64,000 bases of DNA from an uncultured Candidatus Rokubacteria bacterium (GTDB lineage Bacteria > Methylomirabilota > Methylomirabilia > Rokubacteriales > DASRDR01): contig CAWDVE010000016.1 of NCBI GenBank assembly GCA_963805625.1, positions 1 to 64,000 on the forward strand. The letters run 5' to 3'. Within the stretch, counting starts at the first letter, position 1. Each line of letters begins with the position of its first letter. The notes beneath the pieces were generated by a model. The model did no database searches. It saw only the letters and a list, made by a program, of their open reading frames with translations, and was not told the DNA's origin. The position numbers and the translations under genes were made by a program. Positions 1 through 8,288 of this stretch are shown piece by piece.

Positions 1-2
1 GA

Positions 3-458
3 GATCGTCATGAGACCATAAGTTCCACGGCCACCGTCTACTACCCTTTTCATCCGCTGCATGGTCGGGAACTCCCCGTTCTCGGCCCGCGGCGTCGCGG
101 CGAGGCGGTGACCGTGCGGGATCCGACGGGCGTGGCCCTGGTGATCCCCACCTGGATGCTCGCACCGGCGGCCGCCGCCATCCAGCTCGCCCCCCAGGCC
201 GTGGTCAGCGCTCGCGCGCTCTGTGTCGTCGCACTCCTCGTGAAGGATCACCTTCTCAGGCCGAGTGACGCTAGCCTGTCCGAAACGGGCGTGCGCCCGA
301 CATCGGGAGGTGCGCGTGACGCAGATCGAGTTCGAGCTCGGCCTGAAGCCCACGCTGGCCCCGACGATCGCCTGCGTGCCAGACGTGCAGGAGACGCTGG
401 TCCGGCTCATGGCCACGGCGATCCTCGCCGTGCACCAGGCGGGACAGGAGGCGCGTGA
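3..458 (+). CDS. Y4bD/Y4pK (DUF5372)-like accessory protein of a serine-recombinase element; open from the window edge, start not determined
   Basis: Frame 3 reads TATVYYPFHPLHGRELPV...VRDPTGVALVIPTWML, the (Y/H)PFHPLxG and IPxWM pattern typical of ORFs upstream of this recombinase class. Confidence 0.55.
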   Translation, partial: DRHETISSTATVYYPFHPLHGRELPVLGPRRRGEAVTVRDPTGVALVIPTWMLAPAAAAIQLAPQAVVSARALCVVALLVKDHLLRPSDASLSETGVRPTSGGARDADRVRARPEAHAGPDDRLRARRAGDAGPAHGHGDPRRAPGGTGGA

Positions 459-483
459 TGACACCGGCCAACGCGAATCCTAA
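316..483 (+). CDS. Small hypothetical protein directly upstream of the recombinase
   Basis: GGAGG RBS at 306-310, GTG start, overlaps the recombinase start. Confidence 0.5.
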   Translation: MTQIEFELGLKPTLAPTIACVPDVQETLVRLMATAILAVHQAGQEARDDTGQRES

Positions 484-2560
484 GCTCAGCCCGGACCGCC
501 TGGCGCGGAAAGCGATCGTCTACCTCCGGCAGTCGTCGCCGCACCAGGTGCAACACAACCTCGAGAGCCAGCACCTGCAGTATGCCCTGGTGGATCGAGC
601 CCGGGCCCTCGGTTGGACGCAGGTGGAGGTCATCGACAGCGACTTGGGCTGGAGTGCGGCGATGGGCGCGGCGCCGCGCGAGGGCTTCGCGCGGCTGCTG
701 GCCTCCGTCGCCTTGGGTGAGGTCGGCCTCGTGCTCAGTCGGGAGGTCTCACGCCTCTCCCGCACGGACAAGGACTGGTGTCACCTCCTGGAGGTCTGCC
801 AGCTGTGCGACACGCTCATCGGCGATGCCGAGCAGATCTACGACGTGAGCCTGATCGATGATCAGCTCGTCCTGGGGATCAAGGGGACGCTCAGTGTGGT
901 GGAGCTCAAGGTCCTGAAGCTGCGCCTACTGCAGGGCATGGAGGCAAAGGCCCGGCGAGGGGAGCTGATCCGCATCCTGCCCCCCGGCTACGTGACGGAT
1001 GGCACCGGGAAAGTCGTCAAGGACCCGAATGTGCGCGTGCAGGAGGCGATGACGCTCATCTTCCGGATGTTCCGCGAGACCTGGAGCATCCGGCAGACGT
1101 TCAAGTGGTTTCACGCGCAGGGCATCGAGCTGCCGGTGACCCGCAAGCGGGAGGGCCGGGTGGAGATGGTGTTCCAGCTGCCAACGCACAGCTTCATCGG
1201 GCACGTGCTACGGAACCCGATCTACGCCGGGGCGTATGTCTACGGCCGCCGGCCGATGGAACTCACGCTGGTCGACGGCCACCCGCGGAAGCGCCACGGG
1301 CGGCTGCGGCCGCCGACGGACGCCCGGGTCTTCATCCCGGATCACCACGACGGCTATATTGACTGGGCGACCTACGAAGAGCATCAGCGGATGATGCGGC
1401 GGAACAGCTTACGGCACGAGCGCGAGGAGGGGACGGGCGGGGTGCGCGCGGGGCATGGCCTGCTGGCGCGGCTGCTGCGGTGCGGGCGGTGTGGGCGGAA
1501 GCTGCACGTCTGGTACTGGGGAAAGCAGGGGACGGCGGCGCGCTACCTCTGCGTGGGGGACTTTCCGGCCGGCGGCCGGTACTGTGTGGGGTTCGGCAGC
1601 GCCACCGTCGATCGGCGGATCGGCGAGGAGGTGGTTCGGGTGCTGTCGCCGTTAGGGGTCCGCGCCAGTCTGGAGGCGCTGGAGCAACGACGGACGGCAG
1701 ATGCGGCGCGGCGGGAGGCGCTCGGGCGCCAGCTTGAGCAGGCCGCGTACGAGGAGCGTCGGGCGTTCGAGCAGTACGACGCGGTGGATGCGCGGAATCG
1801 GCTGGTGGCGGCCGAACTCGAACGGCGATGGAACAGGACGCTCGAGCACGTGGAGCGCCTCCGCAGCGCCCTCGCAGAGCTGGAGCAGGCCACGCCGGCG
1901 CTCAGCGAGGAGGAGCGGGTCACGGTGCGGGCCCTCGGAGAGCGGTTTGCCGACGTGTGGCACAGTCCCGCGTGTCCGCCGGAATTGAAGAAAAAGATCG
2001 TGCGCACAGTGCTGGACGAGATCGTCGTGACGCACGACGAGGCCACCGACATGCTGCGCTTCACCCTGCACTGGGCGGGCGGCACGCACACGGCGCTGGA
2101 GATGCCGAAGCCGCGCTCGGGCGTGGGCCAGGTGACGGCCCTGGAAGATCTCGAGCTGATCCGACGGATGGCCGGGCGGTACGGGGATGACGAGATCGCA
2201 CGGGTGCTGAACAAGCTGGGGCGGCGAACTGGGAAAGGCAAGCGGTGGAGCCAGGAGCGCGTGGCAACGGCGCGCCGGAATCACGAGATTCCCGGCCAGA
2301 GGCGCGCGACGCAGGATCCGGACATCTTGAGCCTCGGCCGCGCCGCCAAGGAATTCCAGACCAGCGACACGACGATCAAGCGGCTGGTCGGGAGCGGCCT
2401 GTTGACGGTGGAGCAAGTGGCGCCCTGGGCGCCGTGGGAGATTCGGCGCGCCGACCTCGAAGCCGAACCGATTCGCGGCATCCTGGAGCACCTGCGCCGA
2501 ACGGGCGAGCTGGTGTTGCCGGGGATGGAGTCGGCGGCGCAGCCGTCGCTGTTCCAATAA
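455..2560 (+). CDS. Large serine recombinase (resolvase + recombinase + Zn-ribbon domains)
   Basis: YLRQSS catalytic Ser motif, SRLSR, LRNPIYAG, LLRCGRCGRKL Zn ribbon, coiled coil; 701 aa. Confidence 0.93.
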   Translation: MMTPANANPKLSPDRLARKAIVYLRQSSPHQVQHNLESQHLQYALVDRARALGWTQVEVIDSDLGWSAAMGAAPREGFARLLASVALGEVGLVLSREVSRLSRTDKDWCHLLEVCQLCDTLIGDAEQIYDVSLIDDQLVLGIKGTLSVVELKVLKLRLLQGMEAKARRGELIRILPPGYVTDGTGKVVKDPNVRVQEAMTLIFRMFRETWSIRQTFKWFHAQGIELPVTRKREGRVEMVFQLPTHSFIGHVLRNPIYAGAYVYGRRPMELTLVDGHPRKRHGRLRPPTDARVFIPDHHDGYIDWATYEEHQRMMRRNSLRHEREEGTGGVRAGHGLLARLLRCGRCGRKLHVWYWGKQGTAARYLCVGDFPAGGRYCVGFGSATVDRRIGEEVVRVLSPLGVRASLEALEQRRTADAARREALGRQLEQAAYEERRAFEQYDAVDARNRLVAAELERRWNRTLEHVERLRSALAELEQATPALSEEERVTVRALGERFADVWHSPACPPELKKKIVRTVLDEIVVTHDEATDMLRFTLHWAGGTHTALEMPKPRSGVGQVTALEDLELIRRMAGRYGDDEIARVLNKLGRRTGKGKRWSQERVATARRNHEIPGQRRATQDPDILSLGRAAKEFQTSDTTIKRLVGSGLLTVEQVAPWAPWEIRRADLEAEPIRGILEHLRRTGELVLPGMESAAQPSLFQ

Positions 2561-2586
2561 CCACGCACACTTGAGAAAGGCCGGTA

Positions 2587-3144
2587 TCATGAGCCGTCGT
2601 CCGTGTTCAGGGATCCGCCAAATCTCTGGATGGCCGTAATGCTGCCGCTGCGAACCCCCACCAGGCCTCGCCGCGCCGCCCGCCGTCGCTGCCAGCCGAA
2701 GACGGTGCGCAGGAAAACGCGCAGCACCGTGCGCGTCAAGCCGGCGTCGAAGGCGAGCTGGTAGCGCACCGGCACCGGCACGGTAAAGACCCACTGGCGC
2801 ATGGGCACGGGCGGCAGGACGCGATCGACGAGGTGGGCAGCGAGCTCGCTCATGCGCCGCCCGCCGCACGACGGACAGAAACCGCGCCCACGACAGCTGA
2901 AGGCCACCACGGTCGTGTCCCCGCAGCGCTCACATTGCACGCGCAGCAGACCGTGTTCGAGCCGGCCACACTTGAGGTACGCCTCGAACTCGCGCCGCAC
3001 GAACGCCGGCCAGCCGCCTGTCCCGTCCTCCGCGGCCGTGCGCGCGAGGAATGTCGGGAGGTGCGTCGCGATCGCCCGGTAGAGCACGGTCTGCTCGGGT
3101 TGGCGGCGTTGATAGGTCGCCCGGGGACACGAGACCGGGCGCAT
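2587..3144 (-). pseudogene. IS91-family (Y2/HUH) transposase, N-terminal part only
   Basis: YLKCG...RVQCERC...FSCRGRGFCPSCG Zn-binding domain, RQWVFTVP, QRFGGSLN, then an abrupt stop just before the expected HxH motif. Confidence 0.85.
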
Positions 3145-3327
3145 GGCCCCGCGGGAGAGCAGGGTCCGTGCCGCGACGGCGCGAGGGGCCCACACGCCCA
3201 TGCGGACGCGCGGTTGCCCAGTGGCCCCGTTACGCCGCCCACGCGCGATCCTGTTCCCGAAGGGATACAGGGTGACCGCGACCGGATCCGTTTGGACGGG
3301 GCCTGTCGGCGCCGCGGACGCGTGCGT

Positions 3328-3436
3328 TCACCCCCACGCCCAGCATCGGCTCCGGAACGGGCAGTCCTTGCAGTGCCAGCCGGGGTTCGGATGGAAGACC
3401 CCCGCCTCGATCGCGTGGAGGACCTCGGCGATCCGC
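3328..3436 (-). pseudogene. C-terminal remnant of a PD-(D/E)XK (RecB/Cas4-like) nuclease
   Basis: IAEVLHAIEAGVFHPNPGWHCKDCPFRSRCWAWG-stop contains the CxxCxxxxxC Fe-S tail; sequence upstream is unrelated. Confidence 0.65.
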
Positions 3437-3738
3437 AGTTCGCCGAGGTCTTTCGTATTGTTGAATCGGTCGAGCCCACTCTGATGGATCTGATAGATGT
3501 CAGGGACGAGGAGAAGCTTCATGGGGGAACGATGCGTACCCCCGCCTGTGATCTCTCCGGAGGGGGAGAGTGCGGGCGGCGTCGTGGGGATCGACAGGTC
3601 AGCGAAAGACCTCGACTTGTGCGTGTTCGTGGACGAGAGCGACGATGCCACATTGCGGCTCGTGGGAGCGGTTCTCGACCTTCAGGGTGCGAACTCGAGG
3701 CCGGCGGGTTGATCTGCCCGCGTCTCGCCGGCGCCGGG

Positions 3739-4953
3739 ATGACGCGCGCGGGTGCCGAGTGCGCGGTGTTGCTGCCCCTGACGATGGGCGATGAGTTCGT
3801 TGCCGCGATGGTGATTTGCCGCACGAAACCGTTGCCTTTCGCACCCGACGAGGTCGCGATCCTCGAGGACGTGGCCCGGCCAGTGACCACCGCGGTCGCG
3901 AACGCGCTCGCCTTCGAGGAGATACAGAAGCTCCGATCGCAGCTCGAGGACGAGAACGTCGCCCTGCGGGAAGAGATCGCCGCAACGGCGGCGGCGGCGG
4001 GCGGGATCATCGGAACTTCCCCAGGACTGCGCCAGGTGCTGGAGCGGGTCGCGTCCGTGGCGGCGACCGACTCGACAGTGCTGATCACCGGGGAGACTGG
4101 CACCGGAAAGGAGCTCCTCGCCCGTGCGATCCACGCCGGGTCGCCCCGCGCGAATCGCGCCATGGTCAAGGTCAACTGCGCCGCGCTCCCGGAAGGACTC
4201 GTCGCTTCTGAGCTGTTTGGGCACGAAAAGGGGGCCTTCACGGGCGCTCTGGAGCGGCGGCGGGGCCGCTTCGAGCTGGCCGCCGGGGGCACAATCTTCC
4301 TCGACGAGGTCGGGGAGCTGCCGCCGCCGGTGCAGATCGCCCTGCTGCGCGTCCTCCAGGAGCACGAGTTCGAGCGCGTGGGCGGCAGCCAAACGCTGCG
4401 GACGGACGCGCGCGTGGTGGCGGCCACCAACCGGGACCTGGAGCAAGCGGCTCGCGAGGGAAAGTTTCGCTCTGACCTGTTCTTCCGGCTCAATGTCTTT
4501 CCGATCCGTGTCCCACCGCTGCGCGAGCGGGCCGAGGACATCCCGATCCTCGCCGAGTACTGGGCGAGCCGGTACTCGCGCCAACTCGGGAAGCCAGTCC
4601 GCGCGATCGATGCGGCAGCCATGGCCGCGCTCTCCGCGTATGCCTGGCCGGGTAACATCCGCGAGTTGCAGAACGTCGTCGAGCGCGCGGTCATCCTCGC
4701 TCGGGGAAACGTCCTAGGCCTTTCCGATTTCGAGCTTCCCAGCCTCGGTTCCGATGTTGTTCGTCCCAGACAGGGTGGCACCAGCGGTGAGCGCCAGCAG
4801 ATCGAAGAGGCGCTGGCGGCCAGCCGCGGCCGCGTGTACGGCGTCGAAGGCGCCGCGGAGATTCTCGGTGTCCCGCCCAGCACGCTGGAAGCGCGCATTC
4901 GTCGGCTCGGGATCGACAAGCACGCGTTCCGCCGCCGCGTGCCCCGCCGATAG
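3739..4953 (+). CDS. Sigma54-dependent enhancer-binding activator (FhlA/NifA-like: partial GAF, AAA+, Fis HTH), probably 5'-truncated
   Basis: GETGTGKE Walker A, GAFTGA loop, FLDEVG, WPGNIRELQN, C-terminal HTH. Confidence 0.88.
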   Translation: MTRAGAECAVLLPLTMGDEFVAAMVICRTKPLPFAPDEVAILEDVARPVTTAVANALAFEEIQKLRSQLEDENVALREEIAATAAAAGGIIGTSPGLRQVLERVASVAATDSTVLITGETGTGKELLARAIHAGSPRANRAMVKVNCAALPEGLVASELFGHEKGAFTGALERRRGRFELAAGGTIFLDEVGELPPPVQIALLRVLQEHEFERVGGSQTLRTDARVVAATNRDLEQAAREGKFRSDLFFRLNVFPIRVPPLRERAEDIPILAEYWASRYSRQLGKPVRAIDAAAMAALSAYAWPGNIRELQNVVERAVILARGNVLGLSDFELPSLGSDVVRPRQGGTSGERQQIEEALAASRGRVYGVEGAAEILGVPPSTLEARIRRLGIDKHAFRRRVPRR

Positions 4954-5363
4954 CGGACAAGGCGCCGGACGCTGAACGCGAACGGTCGACGGAGCTGATT
5001 CCGACTCCGCCGTCGTTGACCTCTCGGATCCATCGCTCGCTCGTCCTCTTGGCCAGCCCGCGCCGCACGCCGTGTGCGACCGCGACGCGGCTGGCCCACC
5101 CTCGGATCTCGTCGACCGCAGATCGCTGAGCGCTCAGCCGCCTGTTCGCTCAGCCGGCGCACCCTCGCGGTTCCGACTGGCACACGGAGGCAGACGGCGC
5201 GCCACATGCGCCAGAGGCGCGTGAATGCAGAGGAAATCATAGCTGGCCGAATGGCGGTGACGAGCGACAGGTACTCTGGGCGATTCCGCACGGACCGCCG
5301 TGTGGACTCACACATTGACGCACGGAATGGCACCAGAGCTCACGGTCTCGGCCCTGCCAAGGC

Positions 5364-5379
5364 GGGTGTGATCCTTGCT
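5364..5379 (+). promoter_or_regulatory. Candidate sigma54 -24/-12 promoter
   Basis: GGGTGTGATCCTTGCT has GG-N10-GC spacing with TTGCT, 23 bp before ATG 5403 and downstream of an EBP gene. Confidence 0.4.
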
Positions 5380-5402
5380 TGCTGCAAAGGCTGGGGGGCC
5401 GC

Positions 5403-5642
5403 ATGAGTCAGCGGGACATGGACCGGACGCTCGGTCGACTGCTGACGGACGCCGCGTTCCGGCAGTGTTTCTTTCAGGATCCGGCCCGGGCGTGTCTCCT
5501 TCTTGGAGTTCAGTTGGCGCCGTACGAGCTCGAAGCGCTGCTTCGAGTGCCGTGCCGACGACTGGGGACCTTATCGGAAGAGCTCGACGACCGAATCTGT
5601 CGGCTCCATATCGAGCGCTCCGACGATCGCCGAGCCTGGTGA
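5403..5642 (+). CDS. Os1348-like / NHLP-clan small protein
   Basis: MSQRDMDRTLGRLLTDAAFRQCFFQDPARAC...L...ELEAL matches the nitrile-hydratase-leader-like pattern (RxxxDxxFRxxFxxDP). Confidence 0.7.
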   Translation: MSQRDMDRTLGRLLTDAAFRQCFFQDPARACLLLGVQLAPYELEALLRVPCRRLGTLSEELDDRICRLHIERSDDRRAW

Positions 5643-5840
5643 CCACCGCGGCGGTCGAAAGGCGTAAGCGAGAAACTCGGAAAGATCTCAGTGCCCAATC
5701 CACGCCCGCTGATCCCACGGGGGTGTCGTGAAGATGGTTGAGAACGCCCCGCGAACGTTCGCCGCACCGTTTGGCACGGTCCTCGCAAACACGCCGTCAG
5801 ACTGGCTGCGGGCAAGGACCCGCGGATTGCGAGGTCATCA

Positions 5841-6452
5841 GTGAAGACGAAGTTGACGCTCGCTGGCCTGAAGCAACTCCTGCTGCCGCGACGGCCGAAC
5901 AGCGACTCGGCAGCTATCGCGGCGGTCCGGGCGCGCGCGCTGGTCCTACCGCCGGAAAGCGCCATGACAGGACCTGGCCCGAGCCTCGTGGAATTCCTGC
6001 GGCAGGTCAGCCTGTTCGAGGACCTCGGTCGCCGGGATCTCGGGCGCCTCGCCCGCATCCTCCACGAGCGTCACTACGCCGATGGCGAGTACATTTGCGA
6101 GGAAGGCAGGCCCGGCGCGGCGCTGTTCGTCGTGCGGCGAGGGGTGGTCGAGGTCGTGCGGCGTGCCGGCGCCCAGGAGGTTCCCCTCGCCTTGCTCGAG
6201 CCGCCGGCCTCCTTCGAGGAATCCGCGGCCCTCGGGACCGGGGGGATTCGCTGGTTCTCCGTCCGGGCGCGTGGCCCGGTCTCGTTGCTGGCCCTCGGCA
6301 AGGCCGACCTCGACGCGTTGACCGTGAATTTCCCGGTGCTCGCGAATAAGGTCCTCATCAGGCTGGCCGGCATCATGGCCATGCGACTGCAGATGCTCAT
6401 CGATGTTGAGACTGTCAAGACTTCCGATGAGCCTGACGAGGGCAAGCCGTGA
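5841..6452 (+). CDS. Cyclic nucleotide-binding domain protein (no HTH)
   Basis: FLRQVSLFEDL...EEGRPGAALFVVRRGVVEV cNMP fold signature. Confidence 0.85.
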   Translation: MKTKLTLAGLKQLLLPRRPNSDSAAIAAVRARALVLPPESAMTGPGPSLVEFLRQVSLFEDLGRRDLGRLARILHERHYADGEYICEEGRPGAALFVVRRGVVEVVRRAGAQEVPLALLEPPASFEESAALGTGGIRWFSVRARGPVSLLALGKADLDALTVNFPVLANKVLIRLAGIMAMRLQMLIDVETVKTSDEPDEGKP

Positions 6453-7741
6453 CTCGCAGCGCACGCCCGAAGCCTGTGGTTGTCGTCAGCAAGTGCGTCT
6501 TCATGGCGGCGGCGTTCGTGCTGACGGCCTATCTGGTCTGGGGACTGCGCAGCTTGATCGTGCCGGCAGCCGTGGGCGGTCTCCTCGCGTACATTTGTCG
6601 GCCCGTCGTCGCTCGCCTCGAGCGAGGGTGGATACCCCGCAGCCTGGCGGTCGGGCTACTGCTCGTCATGTTGGCCGTGGCCGGGCTCGTCGCCGCGAGT
6701 AGCCTCCGCGCCGCCATGCCGAGCGAGACCGATGCGCTGGACCTGCGGGTTCGCGCGCTGTACGCGCTGCACGATCGCTACCGGGCGCTGATGGGGCGCG
6801 ATCCCTCGGGGACGGGAGGCAATTCTCTCTACCGGCTGGCGCACCGCGATCTCGACCCGTTGATGGATCGCGTCAGTGAACTCCTGGCCTTAACAGCCGG
6901 GGAACGCGCGCTGTTCCTCGCGTCACACGCGCGGGGCGACGACGCGGCATCAGGTCGATCGAAGCGTCTGCTCGAGTACGAGCAAGCCAATGCACAGGGG
7001 CTCGAGATGCGCGGCCGCCGGACGGGGCAGGGTGAGCCGGACCCGACGGCGTCCGCCGACGCCCGGCAGAGCCCCCGGCCGACCGCCGGCGCGCCGGGCG
7101 GGGCGGCCGGGCTCGGCCACATCCTGTCGAGCTGGATGATCATGCCCCTGATCGTTCTGTTCCTCCTGCGCGATACTGGGGAGATCAAACGCGGCCTGCT
7201 CAGCGCCGTGCCGAATCGGCTCTTCGAGCCCGCGCTCGCCGTGCTGGCCGATGTCGACGAGACGCTGGGCGGGTACGTGCGCGGCATCTTCCTCGAATGC
7301 TGTGCGCTGGGGCTGACCGTCATGGTGATGCTCACCCTCGTCGGCGTCCCGCTCAGGTGGGCGATCGCGATCGGGATCTTTACGGGCGCCACCAACGTGA
7401 TTCCGTACATGGGCTTCGCCGCGGCATTGCTGGGTAGCCTCGGCTATGCGCTGCTGGCCGAGGAGCTCCATCCGCTGCTGCCGTTCGTGACGGCGGACAC
7501 CTTCGCCCTCTGGGTCGTCGTGGCCGTGGCCGTCGCGGAGCTGCTGAAGAACATCGTCTACGAGCCCATCGTGCTCGGCGGAGCCGTCAACATTCATCCG
7601 GTCGTGGTGGTGATCGGGGTCGTGGGCGGCGGCATCCTGTTCGGTCCCGCCGGGATGTTCCTGGCGATTCCGACGATCACGATCGCCAACGTCATCGTCG
7701 CCAGCACGGCCAGAAACCTCAAAGCATACGGGGTGATCTAG
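6449..7741 (+). CDS. AI-2E family transporter
   Basis: Hydrophobic segments, FLLRD, GYVRG, NVIPYMG, EPIVLGGAVNIHPVVV, GMFLAIP; GTGA overlap with the upstream gene. Confidence 0.88.
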   Translation: MTRSARPKPVVVVSKCVFMAAAFVLTAYLVWGLRSLIVPAAVGGLLAYICRPVVARLERGWIPRSLAVGLLLVMLAVAGLVAASSLRAAMPSETDALDLRVRALYALHDRYRALMGRDPSGTGGNSLYRLAHRDLDPLMDRVSELLALTAGERALFLASHARGDDAASGRSKRLLEYEQANAQGLEMRGRRTGQGEPDPTASADARQSPRPTAGAPGGAAGLGHILSSWMIMPLIVLFLLRDTGEIKRGLLSAVPNRLFEPALAVLADVDETLGGYVRGIFLECCALGLTVMVMLTLVGVPLRWAIAIGIFTGATNVIPYMGFAAALLGSLGYALLAEELHPLLPFVTADTFALWVVVAVAVAELLKNIVYEPIVLGGAVNIHPVVVVIGVVGGGILFGPAGMFLAIPTITIANVIVASTARNLKAYGVI

Positions 7742-7841
7742 CCAGGAGACCAACGACGCATGTTGCTGGCTGAAAATCCCTGGCTGAAAGGCCAGTGTGC
7801 ATGTTGGGTATAGCTGATTACATTTCCACGTCGGTTCGTCC

Positions 7842-7870
7842 TTGACCGGTGTCCGCTAAGTAGCTAATCT
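7842..7870 (+). promoter_or_regulatory. Sigma70 promoter (copy 1)
   Basis: TTGACC (7842-7847), 17 bp, TAATCT (7865-7870); conserved in all three copies. Confidence 0.75.
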
Positions 7871-7878
7871 GTAAGCGC

Positions 7879-7920
7879 GGGGTCGTGGTGGAGCCTGGTT
7901 ACCACACTGGCCTGTCAAGC
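7879..7920 (+). tRNA. Partial tRNA-Asp(GTC), 5' half only (fragment, not a complete tRNA)
   Basis: GGGGTCG-TG-GTGG-AGCCTGGTTA-CCAC-A-CTGGC-CTGTCAA-GC; no T-arm (TTCRA) follows. Confidence 0.8.
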
Positions 7921-7937
7921 AGGCGGGCAGATCGCAG

Positions 7938-7977
7938 CCCCTCGGTAAGTCGCGGACTTGCCGAGGGGTTTTTCTTT
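7938..7977 (+). terminator. Intrinsic terminator (copy 1)
   Basis: CCCCTCGGTAAGTC-GCG-GACTTGCCGAGGGG followed by TTTTTCTTT. Confidence 0.88.
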
Positions 7978-8288
7978 CAGTGCTTGGCTGGTGTGGGGTG
8001 ATTTAGGCTCACCGGGGGCGGTCGCGGGCATAGTTTCGCGCATAGAAAGATCGGCCCGTCCGACGAAGCGGATTGAGAGACGATAGCGGGCCGAAACATT
8101 CGGGGATCACGAATCGGCAGATCTTCGCCTCTGTGGCTGGACGTGGGCTCGTCCGATATGATGCCGACAGAGGGGGTTGTTATTGTGGATCGAGGTCGTG
8201 TCGCGGCGTGTAGGCCGATCGTGACCCTCACGCGCCACGATCCTCTCACTGAAGCCGGAGCGCGACGCGACGCATGACCGGGGGAGAC

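Larger units (their letters stand above)
1..2602 (+). mobile_element. Serine-recombinase integrative/transposable element; left end at or near the window start
   Basis: Three-gene module; TCATGAG at both 8-14 and 2587-2593; right end interrupts an IS91-like transposase. Confidence 0.65.
7750..8060 (+). repeat. Repeat module copy 1: promoter + tRNA-Asp 5' half + terminator + GGCATAG repeats
   Basis: Aligns along its whole length with 43219-43530 and, from the promoter onward, with 48131-48354. Confidence 0.92.

Noticed and set aside
3328-3436. Cas4 / CRISPR locus
   Set aside because: Only a short nuclease tail is present; there are no other cas genes and no repeat-spacer array in the window.
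2833-3738. N-terminal 300 aa of the 706-aa ORF
   Set aside because: It is antisense read-through of the IS91 and nuclease remnants; recognisable activator sequence starts only near 3739.
7750-7810. Hammerhead ribozyme or c-di-GMP riboswitch
   Set aside because: A GAAA hairpin and CTGA-like motifs are present, but core order and spacing do not fit either consensus by eye.
7879-7977. Complete tRNA-Asp gene, or an intron-split/permuted tRNA
   Set aside because: No TTCRA T-loop, matching acceptor 3' strand or CCA follows in any copy. The downstream GGTCGCGGG is followed by CATAG, not TTC.
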